Counted from the stretch's first letter, positions 31,585 to 42,607 are shown. The stretch: DNA of 64,000 nucleotides from an uncultured Gemmatimonadaceae bacterium (GCA_963740355.1 CAVUDW010000003.1:2518085-2582084), one strand, 5' to 3'. Numbers and translations are program-made. Notes: generated from the letters alone by a model not told the origin.

Positions 31585-33169
31585 TCATTTCGGAGCAGTG
31601 CCAATTCGTCTCGCGACGGAGCGAGGGTTTCGGGTTCCGTATGAGCACGGAATCAGTGAGGTCGTCGAGAGGCATGTGAACTTTCTGCTGGAACGCTGCA
31701 ATATGCTTTGGGTCAATTCCGCGAAGACTTGCGTTTTCTGCACGCCATTTGGGAATGATGCCTTCGAATGCGATCGCTTGGCTTCGATCGTTGCCAGTGG
31801 CTTGCTACGCATCAGACTGTTCACGCGTGCACAGGGCAGCTTCTCCGAGCCGTACTTGCTCTCTTGCATCCGAGGTGTAGCGGAGGAGTCGCTCTCGATT
31901 CGAGAGACACTTTGCCTTGAGAGGCTGCAGGTCAGGGTGCTCACCGCGAGTTCGTCAATTCTCGTTTGTTGAAAGAAAGCCAATGAGAAATGCGGCCCCA
32001 ACGATCGCGATGTTGAGAGAAGAATCGCGAGGTTGTTGTCCTCGACTGTCTGCGCGAAGGCAACGAGATCTCGTTTTGCTTGACGTTCGCGAGCAATCGC
32101 TTGACCGCTTTCATGATATCCAGCATTTCCGCTTCGTCCTTCAACTGAATCGCCAATGGCCACGCGCCGCGCCTGCTCCCTTGAGAAGAGTGCTTCCGCT
32201 TCGTTAAGTCGACCAGTGGCGACATGATTGGCGTTGTGCCGCGCCATCCAAAGAAAGGTTGTAATCAGAATGGCACAGCCCGCAGCCACCCCAAGTACAA
32301 GCCGCTTCTGCCTTTGCAGCGAGCGAATCGACTGTGCGCTGAATGGATAGTCCTCGGGCTTCAGTGCTGAGAGGACCCGGCCAGCGACACCTGATTCTTT
32401 GCCCGCGATAAAGAGGACGACAACCACCGCAATCGCAATGAAGGTGGATTCAACGCGCGTTACAATTTCAGATCCCAGCCAGAGACAAGCCAGCCGCGAA
32501 GACCCCCTGGGTCGACGCGGATTCGATGGCATCAGCGGCACTGCGCTCAATATTCGCACTGAGCGGCCAGATGATTCGGAAGATCGGTTGGTTTGCGATG
32601 AACTCTACGAAGATCAGGAGCACGGTCAGAGTGACTTTCAGCCACGTTGGCATGAACGCGTCGTACTTGACGGGTTGAATCTCTTTCTCCGTCGCTTTCC
32701 GAATTTCCTCGATACGTCGCTCTGCGTCAGCGAGTTCCTCACTCGCGATTTTTGCCTCGGTTACGGACGCGCGGCCGTTTGCAACACGCTGTCCGAGGTC
32801 ACTCGCTTCTGAATCAATCGCATCCTGCATTTTGACCTTAGTTCTCTCCGGCCAGCGCTTCCAAAGTGCTGCGCAAGCGCTTGCCAGTACGCGCTCCGGT
32901 GGCAGCTGTTCATCACCCAGTTCCGTGATGCCTGGCAGGCCCTTCTGCGCCCAGACCGTAGCGTAGGCTCGAGCCTCAGATTCGATCCCATCAAGTTCGC
33001 GCTCAAACCAGTAGTCGACTTTCTTAAGAACGCTGTGAACGCCCGAGAATTCCTCGGTATCGTCCCATGAAGTTCCAAATGCGGCCGATCCTGCAGAATC
33101 TTCCGGATGGCCATTTGTCCCGGTTTGCTCGCCGATTGAACCTGGACTAGCAGCGAACGGAGTTGTCAT
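31585..33169 (-). CDS. Membrane coiled-coil hypothetical protein, frameshifted
   Basis: Consecutive overlapping ORFs with coiled coil, TM segments (LLIFVEFIANQPIF) and a further coiled coil. Confidence 0.55.
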
Positions 33170-33585
33170 CGCATCGCGTTGTTGTAGGACGCCGCTGACA
33201 TAGCACGGTCAGCTGGCATTTTTTAGCTGCATACGGCAACCCATGAGGCTGCCAAGAAGGTAACGTAGTGTTCCGATTCTGTCGAACGCACTGACGCATT
33301 TGGTTGATATATCAGGCCACAGCATGGCAAGATCGCGTTGCCGATGGCGCTCATCTCCGCCGAACAATTGATAGCATTCCGCGCGCGTGCGTATAGCCCG
33401 AAGACGGCGCCGACGGAGATAGGCTTCGGTTCCGACATGCTCGCGCAGCGGCAGAGCCCTTACGCGTCGCTCCCGCAGCTGAAGGTGGCGACTCAATAGG
33501 CGACCCGGCTCTGCCTGAGCGCGATTCTAAGCGCATGTGCTCGATTGCTCATATCTCGAACTGCTAGGCGATCTCACACAGCTCC

Positions 33586-34164
33586 TTAAGGGCGTTTGCC
33601 CGCCGCTTTAGAGCGCGATTCGAGGTCGCTGACTGTGTCCGCGAGCTGCTGCCACAACGCCTTCGGCGTCCGCTCACTGAATGCATCTGACAGCGCCCGA
33701 TAGTACCATAGCGTTCCGTCACGTCCGCCACGGAATCTCGACCAAACCTCCTCGCCAATCTGCTTGTGGTCCGCCAGGATCGAGCTGGCGTTGTGAAGCT
33801 TGTCAGCGAGTGATACTAGGAGGGCGGCGGAGGACTTGTGCACGATGGAGGCGATGTATGCTTCTTTGCGCTCTCGCCAAGCAGGCTTCGGATCAACGTC
33901 AGTGTCGGAGTTTGCTTCGACGATATCGGCTACCGCGCTTCCGTATCTGTCGCGAATTCGATCGAGCATCATTGCGCCCCCTTGATCCTCCACCGTGTCG
34001 TGCAGGAGTGCTGCAATGACAGTGTCCTCGTCACCGCCCGCCTCGATCACGATCGCAGCAACGGCGAGAAGGTGCGCGATGTAGGGGATGTCCGTTTCTT
34101 TGCGCCGTTGGGCGCCATGAATTTCGTTAGCAAATGCCAGCGCTGCAGAGAATCGCGGACCCAA
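33586..34164 (-). CDS. HD-domain hydrolase of the RelA/SpoT small alarmone hydrolase (Mesh1-like) type
   Basis: HGAQRRK..PYIAHLLAV, AALLHDTVED and ADKLHN. Confidence 0.85.
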   Translation of the reverse strand: MGPRFSAALAFANEIHGAQRRKETDIPYIAHLLAVAAIVIEAGGDEDTVIAALLHDTVEDQGGAMMLDRIRDRYGSAVADIVEANSDTDVDPKPAWRERKEAYIASIVHKSSAALLVSLADKLHNASSILADHKQIGEEVWSRFRGGRDGTLWYYRALSDAFSERTPKALWQQLADTVSDLESRSKAAGKRP

Positions 34165-34287
34165 AGTGCGCTCCAGTGTTATGAAGATTCGGTTATTTGC
34201 TCATATGCTCTGTGCCTGACGAGCGTTGTTGCGTCTCCACAGCTCGGCAATGCGCCAACTCGGTGCCAACGTCGGTCATATCCATCA

Positions 34288-35108
34288 TCACGATGCTCTG
34301 TGATCGTCGCTGACCACGCCACTCCGAGCGAACGAGGTGCGTGCTATCCGTGCCACGGTCGCATTCTGAAGAGGCCATTCGAGCGCAGCTAAGATGATAG
34401 GGAAACCACTAGATGCGGACGCATCGCATACTCTCCAGAAGGATTCTCTCGTGCTCCGCGGCACCGCCTTGCCAGGATTTCCGAAAGGCGCCCAGCTATC
34501 CCAATACTCGGTCGGCGCGAGTACGACCGTCTTGACCGTTTCGGCAACGTCTGCGACACGCTGATCGGGATGACGTCGACTTGCAATCGCAGCGACCTCA
34601 CTTCGGATGGCACCCCAGTTCTCCTGAACGGCAATTGCATTTGCAACTCCTTCCATTAGGCATCGCAACGGCGTCTCCCGCGACTGAGCGCGCTTCAACT
34701 CGATCACGACTGGATTGCCCGTTGCATCTAGGCCGAGCAAGTCAATGTGCCCCCAGCCATCGCGGGCGATGTTGTCAAAAAGCGGCACCTGAAACGCAAT
34801 TAGTCGCCCCCAGATAGGACTTTCGTGGAAGGATCCTGTCGGCCCGCAGTCAGCATAGATCGCCTGCTCCATGGCCCGCTCGGCACTTCGCTCGGAGTAG
34901 TGCTCGAGCTTTTTCCGCGAATCTTCTGGCAACGTTGAGATCCTGAACCCCCGCGAATCTCTCCGGGGTACGACTGCACGCGTCGCGGCTACAGCGGCCG
35001 CGAAGTCGCGTTCGAGAAGGGAAGAGTGTTGCCCCAGTTTCCTGGCTGCGTCGACTCGTTTCGCAAAACATGAAGGCCGGCAGCGGGTGCCACTTCGATG
35101 TCAGTCAT
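34288..35108 (-). CDS. Putative PD-(D/E)XK nuclease (start inferred across a frameshift)
   Basis: FQVPL...HIDLLGLD..GNPVVIELK. Confidence 0.55.
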
Positions 35109-35109
35109 A

Positions 35110-36108
35110 CGGTGCTCGGAGTATCGTTTGGTGCCACACGACTGTTTGCCCGAAAACGCCGACTGACGCAACCCGCGCGTATCGTATCCCAGTGTCTTGG
35201 TGTCGAGGTATGTCACGAGTGCTGCTCTCTGTCCATCAATGGTCGTAGAGCGGCAGAAGTCGCGGACCTCCTCCCACGTGTGACGGACAAATCGGCGATC
35301 GTCGGATGTGTAGTAGGTGCCCACCGAATCGCGCCTCTATGCCTCATGATTCTCCCGCCGCCGCACAAAGACTGACGAGCACAAACCTCTTCCCCGCCTG
35401 CTTCGCCATCCACGTTCCAAGCAACCAGAGCCGCATCAGCTGATACAGCGCCTGCTCGACGGCAACCGTTTTCGCATCCGACGAGAACACTTTGGAGTAC
35501 CATCCGTCCACCGCTACCGTGTACGTATGTAGACTGCTCTCATGCGTCGGCGTGGTCTCGTTCTTCGACCCAAGCTTCGCCTCGATCAGAAACAGCGTAT
35601 CGTCGCTGTCGATCAGCACATCCGGCTCCGTGCCGCGGGCCTCGACTTCGCGGAACGCGTCGCGCGCCTCGGCGAGCCTCGAGTCGGGCTGACCTGTCTC
35701 AGAGTTGAGTGACCAATACGACGGCACCGCGCCAGTGACCTGCCGCCCGACGATCGAAGACAGTACCGAGTTCAGAAGATCTGAGCGCTCGAGAGCGCGG
35801 ATGACATTGAACGTCAGCGCATCCTCACTCCGCTCCCGGCCCAATTGCTCCGTCTCGCGCTTCTGGTCGAGGAGCCGGTGCAGCAACGCACGATCGTCAG
35901 CGTCCGACGACAAGAGGTTGTCAGTGTACGCGCCGTGATCGTAGGTACTCGCCGAGATGTAGATGTCATGCTCAGGACAGCGGAACTGCTCTTCCCGCCG
36001 GAACGTCTTCCGCTGCCGCACAACACGGTGTTTGCACCCGAGCACCGGGCACTCGACGGTGGCCTCGTCGAATTCAATCCGCGGCTTCAGCGTTCGAGAG
36101 TCGTACAT
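35110..36108 (-). CDS. Putative PD-(D/E)XK restriction-like nuclease with N-terminal Zn ribbon, frameshifted; end approximate
   Basis: CPVLGC...CPEH, SEDALTFNV, TEPDVLI...IEAK and YQLMR. Confidence 0.6.
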
Positions 36109-36301
36109 GCGGCTTTCCGCGTCAGAATTCTGAATTCGACCCGAGAGCACTATGCACCCGGGACCAGACCCCGTCGAGTCTGTCTCTGAACGCTACCATT
36201 CCGGTCTGACACCGCCGTCCTAATACATCAGCGCCGACGCGAAACAGGGCGGGACGCAACCATCTGGTCGCGTCCCCGCCTCGGTTTGCATGCAAACTTT
36301 T

Positions 36302-36342
36302 GTGGCGAGGGAGGTAATTGAACCCCCGACACCCGGATTTTC
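36302..36342 (-). other. Degenerate duplicate of the tRNA-Phe 3' half (att-like site)
   Basis: Minus strand GAAAATCCGGGTGTCGGGGGTTCAATTACCTCCCTCGCCAC versus tRNA GAAAATCCGCGTGTCGGGGGTTCAATTCCCTCCTGGCCAC. Confidence 0.85.
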
Positions 36343-36399
36343 GGAACTTCTGACGGCTAATGCCCCCGAGCACGCACCGTCCGCAGCCCTCGACCGACC

Positions 36400-37443
36400 T
36401 GTGGCCGACCGTGGGCAACTCTTGCTCTTATTCGCCGTGCTACGCGCCCCCTCGTCGCCACGGGGACGGTCCGACGACCCTTCGCCGACCGGCGCGTCGC
36501 GTGTCGTGCCGAAGTACAGATGCGTCCCATCCGACGAGAGCGACGGGCGCGTCTCCGGCGCCGCGCTGTTCACGTTCGGTCCCAGATTCGACGGAGCACC
36601 CCACGCATCGCCTGGACCTCCTCCTCGAGGCGACCCAGATGTCGTTACCACCCTGACCACCCGGTCGGTTGCTGTAGAAGAACAGTTCGCGCGAATCATC
36701 ACTGAGGAACGGCTGCCCGTCCTGCGCGTCCGAGTTGACGCCGGGCACCAATTCCGGCGCCTGGAAGCCACCGGCGCGCCAGCTGGTGACGTAAAGATCA
36801 AAGTCCGGTGCCACGCCCGGTGCCTCGGCTGCGAATCCGCCCGGCCGAGCGCTGGAGAAGTAGAGCACCACCCCACGCCTCGCCTCGATCCCCGGCACCG
36901 GCCCCTCTTCGTTCCCCGCGCTGTTCACCGAGCAGCCCAAGGGCTTCCTCGGCGCCGTGAATGAGCCGTCCCGGTTGCGGCGCGCGACATAGATGTCGGT
37001 GCCGCCGCAGCCCCCTGGGCGATCGCTGACGAAGAAGAATGTTTTCCCATCGCCGGCGAGCATCGGACAGAAGTCGTTGTACACCGTGCTGATCGGCTCA
37101 CCCACCAACGTAGGCTCGCCCCATGGACTGTTCTCTGATGTCCGTGCGCTGACCCGGATGTCGCGACCACCAACCCCGCCTGGTCGAGTGGACGCAATGA
37201 AGAAGAGCTTTCCGTCACGCGACGGCATCGGGCATCCATCCAGTGCCGCGGTATTGAAGTTCGGCTGGCACCCGGTCGCGCGAGTTCGATCGACATCGCC
37301 TCGCTCCATTCCGGTGTCGAGGGAGTCCTTTGGCCATGCAAGGAGATGTCGGGGGTAGTCTGCGAGCCGGTGGGTGACTCCGACACACAGGCCGCTAATC
37401 CGAGCACCAGCAGGGCCACACTGCGAGAGCAGAACGATCGCAT
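36400..37443 (-). CDS. Lipoprotein with WD40-like (PD40/TolB-like) beta-propeller repeats, frameshifted; end approximate
   Basis: Lipobox LAAC and repeated P..S.DG..LFF.S.RPGG.GG.DI motifs. Confidence 0.8.
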
Positions 37444-37556
37444 GAACGTCTCCGAAGGGGGTGAAATGGCTTGCCCACCTCTGTGGGTGAGCCTACCATG
37501 ACCCGAGGGAGTGAACGCTCCCTGTGAAGCGAGTGAACTCCGGCGCGTGTGCCTGC

Positions 37557-39987
37557 ATGCTGCGACTTTTGCTGCTGGGTGGTGCGACGATCGAGCGTGA
37601 TGACGGGGCGCCGCTCACCGGTCGCGCCGTGCAGCGGCATCGGGTGGCCATCCTTGCGCTGCTCGCGACCGGCCCGTCAGGTGGGATCAGCAGGGACAAG
37701 CTGCTCGGACTCTTGTGGCCTGACAGCGACACGGATCGCGCCAGGAACCTGCTCAACGTTGCGCTCTACGAACTCCGGAAGGCGCTTGGCGACGGCACCA
37801 TCGTCTCCGCCGGCGACGACCTCCGCCTCGACCGGGCACTGTTGACGGCCGATGTGAGCGAGCTCGAGACTGCGGCCGCCGCCGGCGACCACGCCATGGT
37901 CGTGGCGCGGTATCGGGGACCATTCCTCGACGGCTTGCTCCTGTCCGGTGCGCCCGACTTTGAGAAATGGCTCGACGGTGAGCGGTCACGGCTGGCCGCC
38001 GTCGTCGCGCGGTCGATCGAGGCACTTGCCGCGGCGGCGTCTGAACGCGGCGTCCACGTCGAGTCGGCGGACTGGTGGCGGCGGCGCGCAGCGCTCGACC
38101 CGCTCGATGCGCGCGTGGCGCTGCGTCTGATGCAGGCACTGGAGGCTAGTGGCAATCGCGCTGCGGCGCTGCAGCATGCGCGTGTGCATGCCAGACTGCT
38201 GGAATCGGAGATCGGGCTTGGCCCGGACAGCGGTCTCGAGGCCTATGCTGCCGCACTTAGCCGGCTGCCGGCGTCACCCCCGGACGCAACACGCCGCGGG
38301 GACGATGCCAGCACAGGTCGAAACACCGGCCGCGTCGCCCGACAGTGAGGCCGAGGAACCAGCGATCTCCGGTCCGCAGCGTACAGCTCCGCGGAGTCGC
38401 ACACACCCGACCCGATGTCGCCGGCGTCACGCTGGCCACGACGCGTCATGCTGCCGGCAATCCTCGCCATGGTCGCCGTGGTGACGACGCTCGCCGCAGC
38501 ACGATGGAAGGGGGTGGATCGCGTCGTCGATGCACCACGATCCATCGCTGTGCTTCCCTTCGTGAACCTGGGCGCTGATCCCAACGACAACTATCTTGGT
38601 GACGGATTGACCGAGGAGCTCACTGCTCGACTCTCCACCGATTCGTCGTTGCGTGTCGTTTCCCGAACGTCGTCGAGTCGGTTCCAGAAGGCCGCGCAGA
38701 GTATTCCGGAGATTGCGCGGGCGCTCGATGTCACGGCCGTGCTCGAGGGGAGTGTGCGGCGAGTCGGCTCGCGATTGCGCGTCACGGCACAACTCATCGA
38801 TGCACGCGACGATCGGCATCTCTGGGCGGCGACGTACGACCGTGAACTCGGTGACGTGCTCGCCATGCAGGATCAGCTGGCCCGCGAAGTCGCGCGTGCG
38901 CTCGAACCGGCGCTGGGCAGGACGAGCGATGGCGTCGCGCTTCCGTGGCACGCGTGACGCCGAGGCGCACGATCTGTATCTGCGTGGCCGGTGGCACTGG
39001 AAGCGCAGGACTCCCGAGGGACACGCCCTCGCGATCAACTATTTCCGCGAAGCGATCGCGCGCGACTCCAGCTACGCCGACGCGTACGCGGGTCTCTCCG
39101 ACGCGGTGTTCACTGCGTATGTCCTTGGCCACGAGCCGTGGGCCAGCGACGAAGCCGGGACTTTCGCTGCGATGCGGACCGCGTCGGAACGCGCGGTCAT
39201 GCTCGACCCGGCCTCATCTGCTGCACACACATCACTCGCCATCGTACGATGGGCTGAAAGCGACTTGCCTGCCGCCGAGCGATTGCTGCAGCGGGCAATC
39301 GATCTCAATTCTGGCAATGTCTTCGCGCACAGCTGGTACGGACGGTTGCTCGACATCACCGGCCATCCGAATGAATCGATGATGGAAAGTCGCGCGGCGT
39401 GGGAGCGCGAGCCGTTCGATCTCACGGCAAGTCACAACTATGCGGTGGAGCTCGCAGCGTCTGACAGTGTGCAAGCCTCCAGACGACTATTTCAGCGAAC
39501 GCTCGATCTCGACTCGACGTTCTATCTCTCCCGCGTTGGCTACGCGATTCTGCTGGTGAACACCGGCGATACGCTGCAAGGCGCGCAGCGGCTGATTCGT
39601 GTGGCCGGGGATGGGAAACCGACGGTGCAGGCGCTGGCGAATCTCGCCTGGGCACTCGCGATGCTCGGACGCGCGGACTCGGCCACACGCGTGCTGAACA
39701 CCGTCAAGTCACGGCTCACCACTACGACAGCTGCCCGCAACGCCTTCGTGATCGCGCGAGCGTACACTGCACTGCGGCAGCGTGACAGTGCGTTTGCATG
39801 GCTCGATCGTGCCGATTGGCGTTGGCCCCCTTGGGGCAAGGTGTACGCGAGGGAGCTGTCCCCACTCTGGTCAGACCCGCGCTACGCCATTCTCACTCGC
39901 CGCGTCGGTCGTGCGCTGCATGCTGACGCGACTCGCTACGGGTGGGCAAACCTCACACCACCCCGGGCGCTGGTGATGAGGCCGTGA
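37557..39987 (+). CDS. wHTH-BTAD transcriptional regulator with TM, TolB-N-like and TPR domains, frameshifted
   Basis: SRDKLLGLLWPD, YRGPFLDG, SIAVLPFVNL, GLTEEL, LEGSVRR and TPR repeats. Confidence 0.8.
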
Positions 39988-40106
39988 CGACACGCGCGTC
40001 GCGCGCTGCGCTCATACGCCAATCCGGACGTGTCCACCGGCGCGTCACCGACCCTCGGTGGACAGGACCGAACTGTCGACTGCAGTGGGTGGGTGTACGA
40101 AAAGCA

Positions 40107-40133
40107 AAGCGCCCGGCTCATCACCGGGCGCTT
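40107..40133. terminator. Hairpin between the convergent BTAD gene and tRNA-Phe
   Basis: AAGCGCCCGG-N7-CCGGGCGCTT with A-rich and T-rich flanks. Confidence 0.6.
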
Positions 40134-40148
40134 CGTTGTTTCTGCAAG

Positions 40149-40220
<72 letters not shown>

Positions 40221-40569
40221 AGACCTCTCACTTCGCACCACCCGCACCACCTTCAAGCCGCGCACACTCGCGAGTGCGAGCCAGCGCTCTCTGCGCCCGC
40301 GCCAACCGCAGGAGTCGCGCCACGCCAGCTCCGCAGGTCTCTCGTTGCTAGCCCCATTCCACGCCGTGGCAGACACCCCCGCCTCGATAGCGCGAATTGC
40401 CCGTCTCTTGCCCATGGCACGTTCGCGAATCATGACGCCCCCGCTGAACCCCGGCGGCATCAGCTCGAGCGCAGGTCGTTCAGCTTCGCGAACGGACCGA
40501 ACCATGCCTTCAAGCGCCGCGCGGCTCCGGAAGCGGAACTGGAGCTCTAGTGATTGCCCGCATGTCAGT

Positions 40570-41001
40570 GAGGACTGAATGCCCTCGGCGCCGAAGTCGA
40601 TGCAATCATCAGGATCGACCGGATGCTTGTCGATGTCGTAGCGTGCCAGTTCGGCCTCAGGGAAATCCTTCAGGTTGAACGTGACGATCGCCTGTGCGCC
40701 GGCGCGAACGACCGCGGCCAGCACATGTCGATCATCAGGATCTGGTAGCGAGATGCCGGTGATCAGGCTCTCAAAATCCTTCACGCTCGCGGCGGGAAGC
40801 GCCTTGGTCATCAGCTCACGAGTGCGCAGGAGCGCCGTCGGATCCAGGTCGGCCTGTTCGCTCGGATGCTGCTGAAGACCTCGTCCAGTATCCGATCCGA
40901 CCAGCGCGCCTGTACGTGCCAGTGCGCGCAACGCGTATCAGCAGATCGCGCAGTGAACTCGGATACAGCACGCACGCGTCATAGACGACGGAGAACGGCA
41001 C
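40570..41001 (-). CDS. PIN-domain protein, frameshifted or truncated; end approximate
   Basis: VVYDACVLYP, LPDPDDRHVLAA and IVTFNLKDFP. Confidence 0.8.
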
Positions 41002-41007
41002 CGTGAT

Positions 41008-41463
41008 TCAAAGCTCGAAACCGAGATCCTGCGACTGCTGCGAAAGCTCCGCAACGGCTCGGCGCGACTCGGCGTCCTGCTTCTGCCGGTAGGCCGCCAA
41101 ATCTGCGAAGAGCACTCGGCGATGCGTCCCAACCATGCGGAAAGGCAGCGCCGCTGACTTGAGCAACGACACCAGGTGTGGTCGCGATACGTTCAGCAGA
41201 TCTGCCGCCTGTTGCGTCGTCAGCTCAGCATGCACGGGGACGATTGTCACCGCGTTGCCGTTCGCCATCTGACCGAGAATCTCGAGGAACAGGTCGAAGG
41301 CAGCACGAGGCACCGTCACCGAAGCGTGCTCCGCGCCATCAACCTCGAGGCGGACATGCCGCTCAGCAGCAGCCGAGAGCCGGCTCAGGCCTCGGTGCGC
41401 CTGCTGGGCCTCCCGGGCGGTCTCTTCTGTGGGCAGTTCAACGAGGGATTGCATAGGGGTCAT
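41008..41463 (-). CDS. Excisionase-family HTH protein (putative antitoxin of the PIN gene)
   Basis: ELTTQQAADLLNVSRPHLV and VGTHRRV. Confidence 0.85.
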   Translation of the reverse strand: MTPMQSLVELPTEETAREAQQAHRGLSRLSAAAERHVRLEVDGAEHASVTVPRAAFDLFLEILGQMANGNAVTIVPVHAELTTQQAADLLNVSRPHLVSLLKSAALPFRMVGTHRRVLFADLAAYRQKQDAESRRAVAELSQQSQDLGFEL

Positions 41464-41476
41464 GGTATCCACCAGA

Positions 41477-41508
41477 CGAAACAACCGCAACAACCGAAAC
41501 AAACGAAA
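41477..41508. promoter_or_regulatory. 9-bp direct repeats upstream of the HTH-PIN pair
   Basis: CGAAACAAC CGCAACAAC CGAAACAAA CGAAA. Confidence 0.6.
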
Positions 41509-41570
41509 GGTTTCGGAACGACAGTTGTTAAACCCTGAACACCGCTCGCGGTGCCCCGTTACCGCACCAG

Positions 41571-41975
41571 CTACACCCCGGCCGGCCTCACCCCATACCG
41601 AGCCGTAATCACCGACTTGATCCCCCCCCTTACCGCAAAATCACCCTTCACCTCGAAAAACGTCGGCTTGGTCAACTTCACCAGGTCATCGAGAATGTGG
41701 TTCACCGCCCGCTCATAAAAAATCCCGTCGTTCCGGAAGCTCCACAGATACAGCTTGAGCGACTTGAGCTCCACGCAGAACTCGGCCGGCACATACGTCA
41801 GGTACATGGTCGCAAAGTCCGGCGCCCCGCCCTGCAACAAGCTCAACTCCGCCGCATCCGTCTCCACCCCGCCCAACGGACACAGGCTGGTGAACTCGGG
41901 ACAGATCATGTGGATCTCGTACGGACGGTCCGCATACGGATTCGGGAACGTCTCCAGCAACTCAGGCTTCGGCAT
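41571..41975 (-). CDS. queF: NADPH-dependent preQ0 reductase QueF (short type)
   Basis: LETFPNP, PEFTSLCP, PDFA, ELKSLKLYL.SFRN and RGGI. Confidence 0.9.
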   Translation of the reverse strand: MPKPELLETFPNPYADRPYEIHMICPEFTSLCPLGGVETDAAELSLLQGGAPDFATMYLTYVPAEFCVELKSLKLYLWSFRNDGIFYERAVNHILDDLVKLTKPTFFEVKGDFAVRGGIKSVITARYGVRPAGV

Positions 41976-42150
41976 CGCGATCAGGTGTAAGGGTCAGCCC
42001 TCAATTTAACCCCCCACCCAACCGCGCCCGACGCGCACCTGTCCACTGCAAGCGACACTTGCTAGGTGCTGCGTCGGACTCTACCCTACTGCATCGGCTC
42101 TGTGGTGCATGCCGCAGACCAATTCCGCCAGGGCCTAGCCCCGGTGGTAC

Positions 42151-42183
42151 AGCCCCCCGGCAAGTCCGGGGGGCTCTTTTTTT
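42151..42183 (+). terminator. Intrinsic terminator with no annotated upstream plus-strand gene
   Basis: AGCCCCCCGG-CAAGT-CCGGGGGGCT followed by CTTTTTTT. Confidence 0.75.
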
Positions 42184-42231
42184 CTGCCAACTCTGCCGGG
42201 TGTCGAGGCTCGCGCGGCTGCGCCGCCACCT

Positions 42232-42606
42232 GTCCACACTCCATCACGCGGAGGCGCGGAGGACGCGGAGCCGCGGAGCTTTCGCTTGCGGCAGCCACCC
42301 CGCGCGTGGCTCGGAGGCTTTAACGGCAGGGGAACTGCGCTCGCCTCCGCAATACACGTTCCGAAATAGTGACTATTTCTGAACTGAAGGCTGCAGAGTG
42401 CGCAGACACCCCAAAGGTTTTTACACTTCACTTGTGCTTGAACACCCCGCCGCCCTAGGCGTCCCGAGCAGTCCTCCGCGTCTCCGCGTCCCCCGCGGCT
42501 CCGCGTGAGGAAGTGTGGACCGCCCTGCGCGGCACGCGCGCGAAGTGCAGTTCAGCGGCTGTTCAGTTCCGCGGCTGTGTGCTCTTCTGCGTTAAAGCAG
42601 TTGCCC
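42232..42606. repeat. Modular palindromic repeat copy B plus a half copy of the 4.3-kb palindrome arm
   Basis: TCACGCGGAGGCGCGGAGGACGCGGAGCCGCGGAG ... CCGCGGCTCCGCGTGAGGAAGTGTGGACC, then TTCTGCGTTAAAGCAGTTGC. Confidence 0.8.
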
Positions 42607-42607
42607 T

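Noticed and set aside
33209..33560. Short ORFs between the coiled-coil gene and the HD gene
   Set aside because: No motifs, RBS or consistent frame to support them.
41008..41463. Prophage excisionase marking a prophage at tRNA-Phe
   Set aside because: There are no integrase or phage genes, and it is paired with a PIN gene, which fits a TA-like module.
41976..42060. preQ1 riboswitch upstream of queF
   Set aside because: No preQ1-I stem with an A-rich tail is visible on the minus strand.
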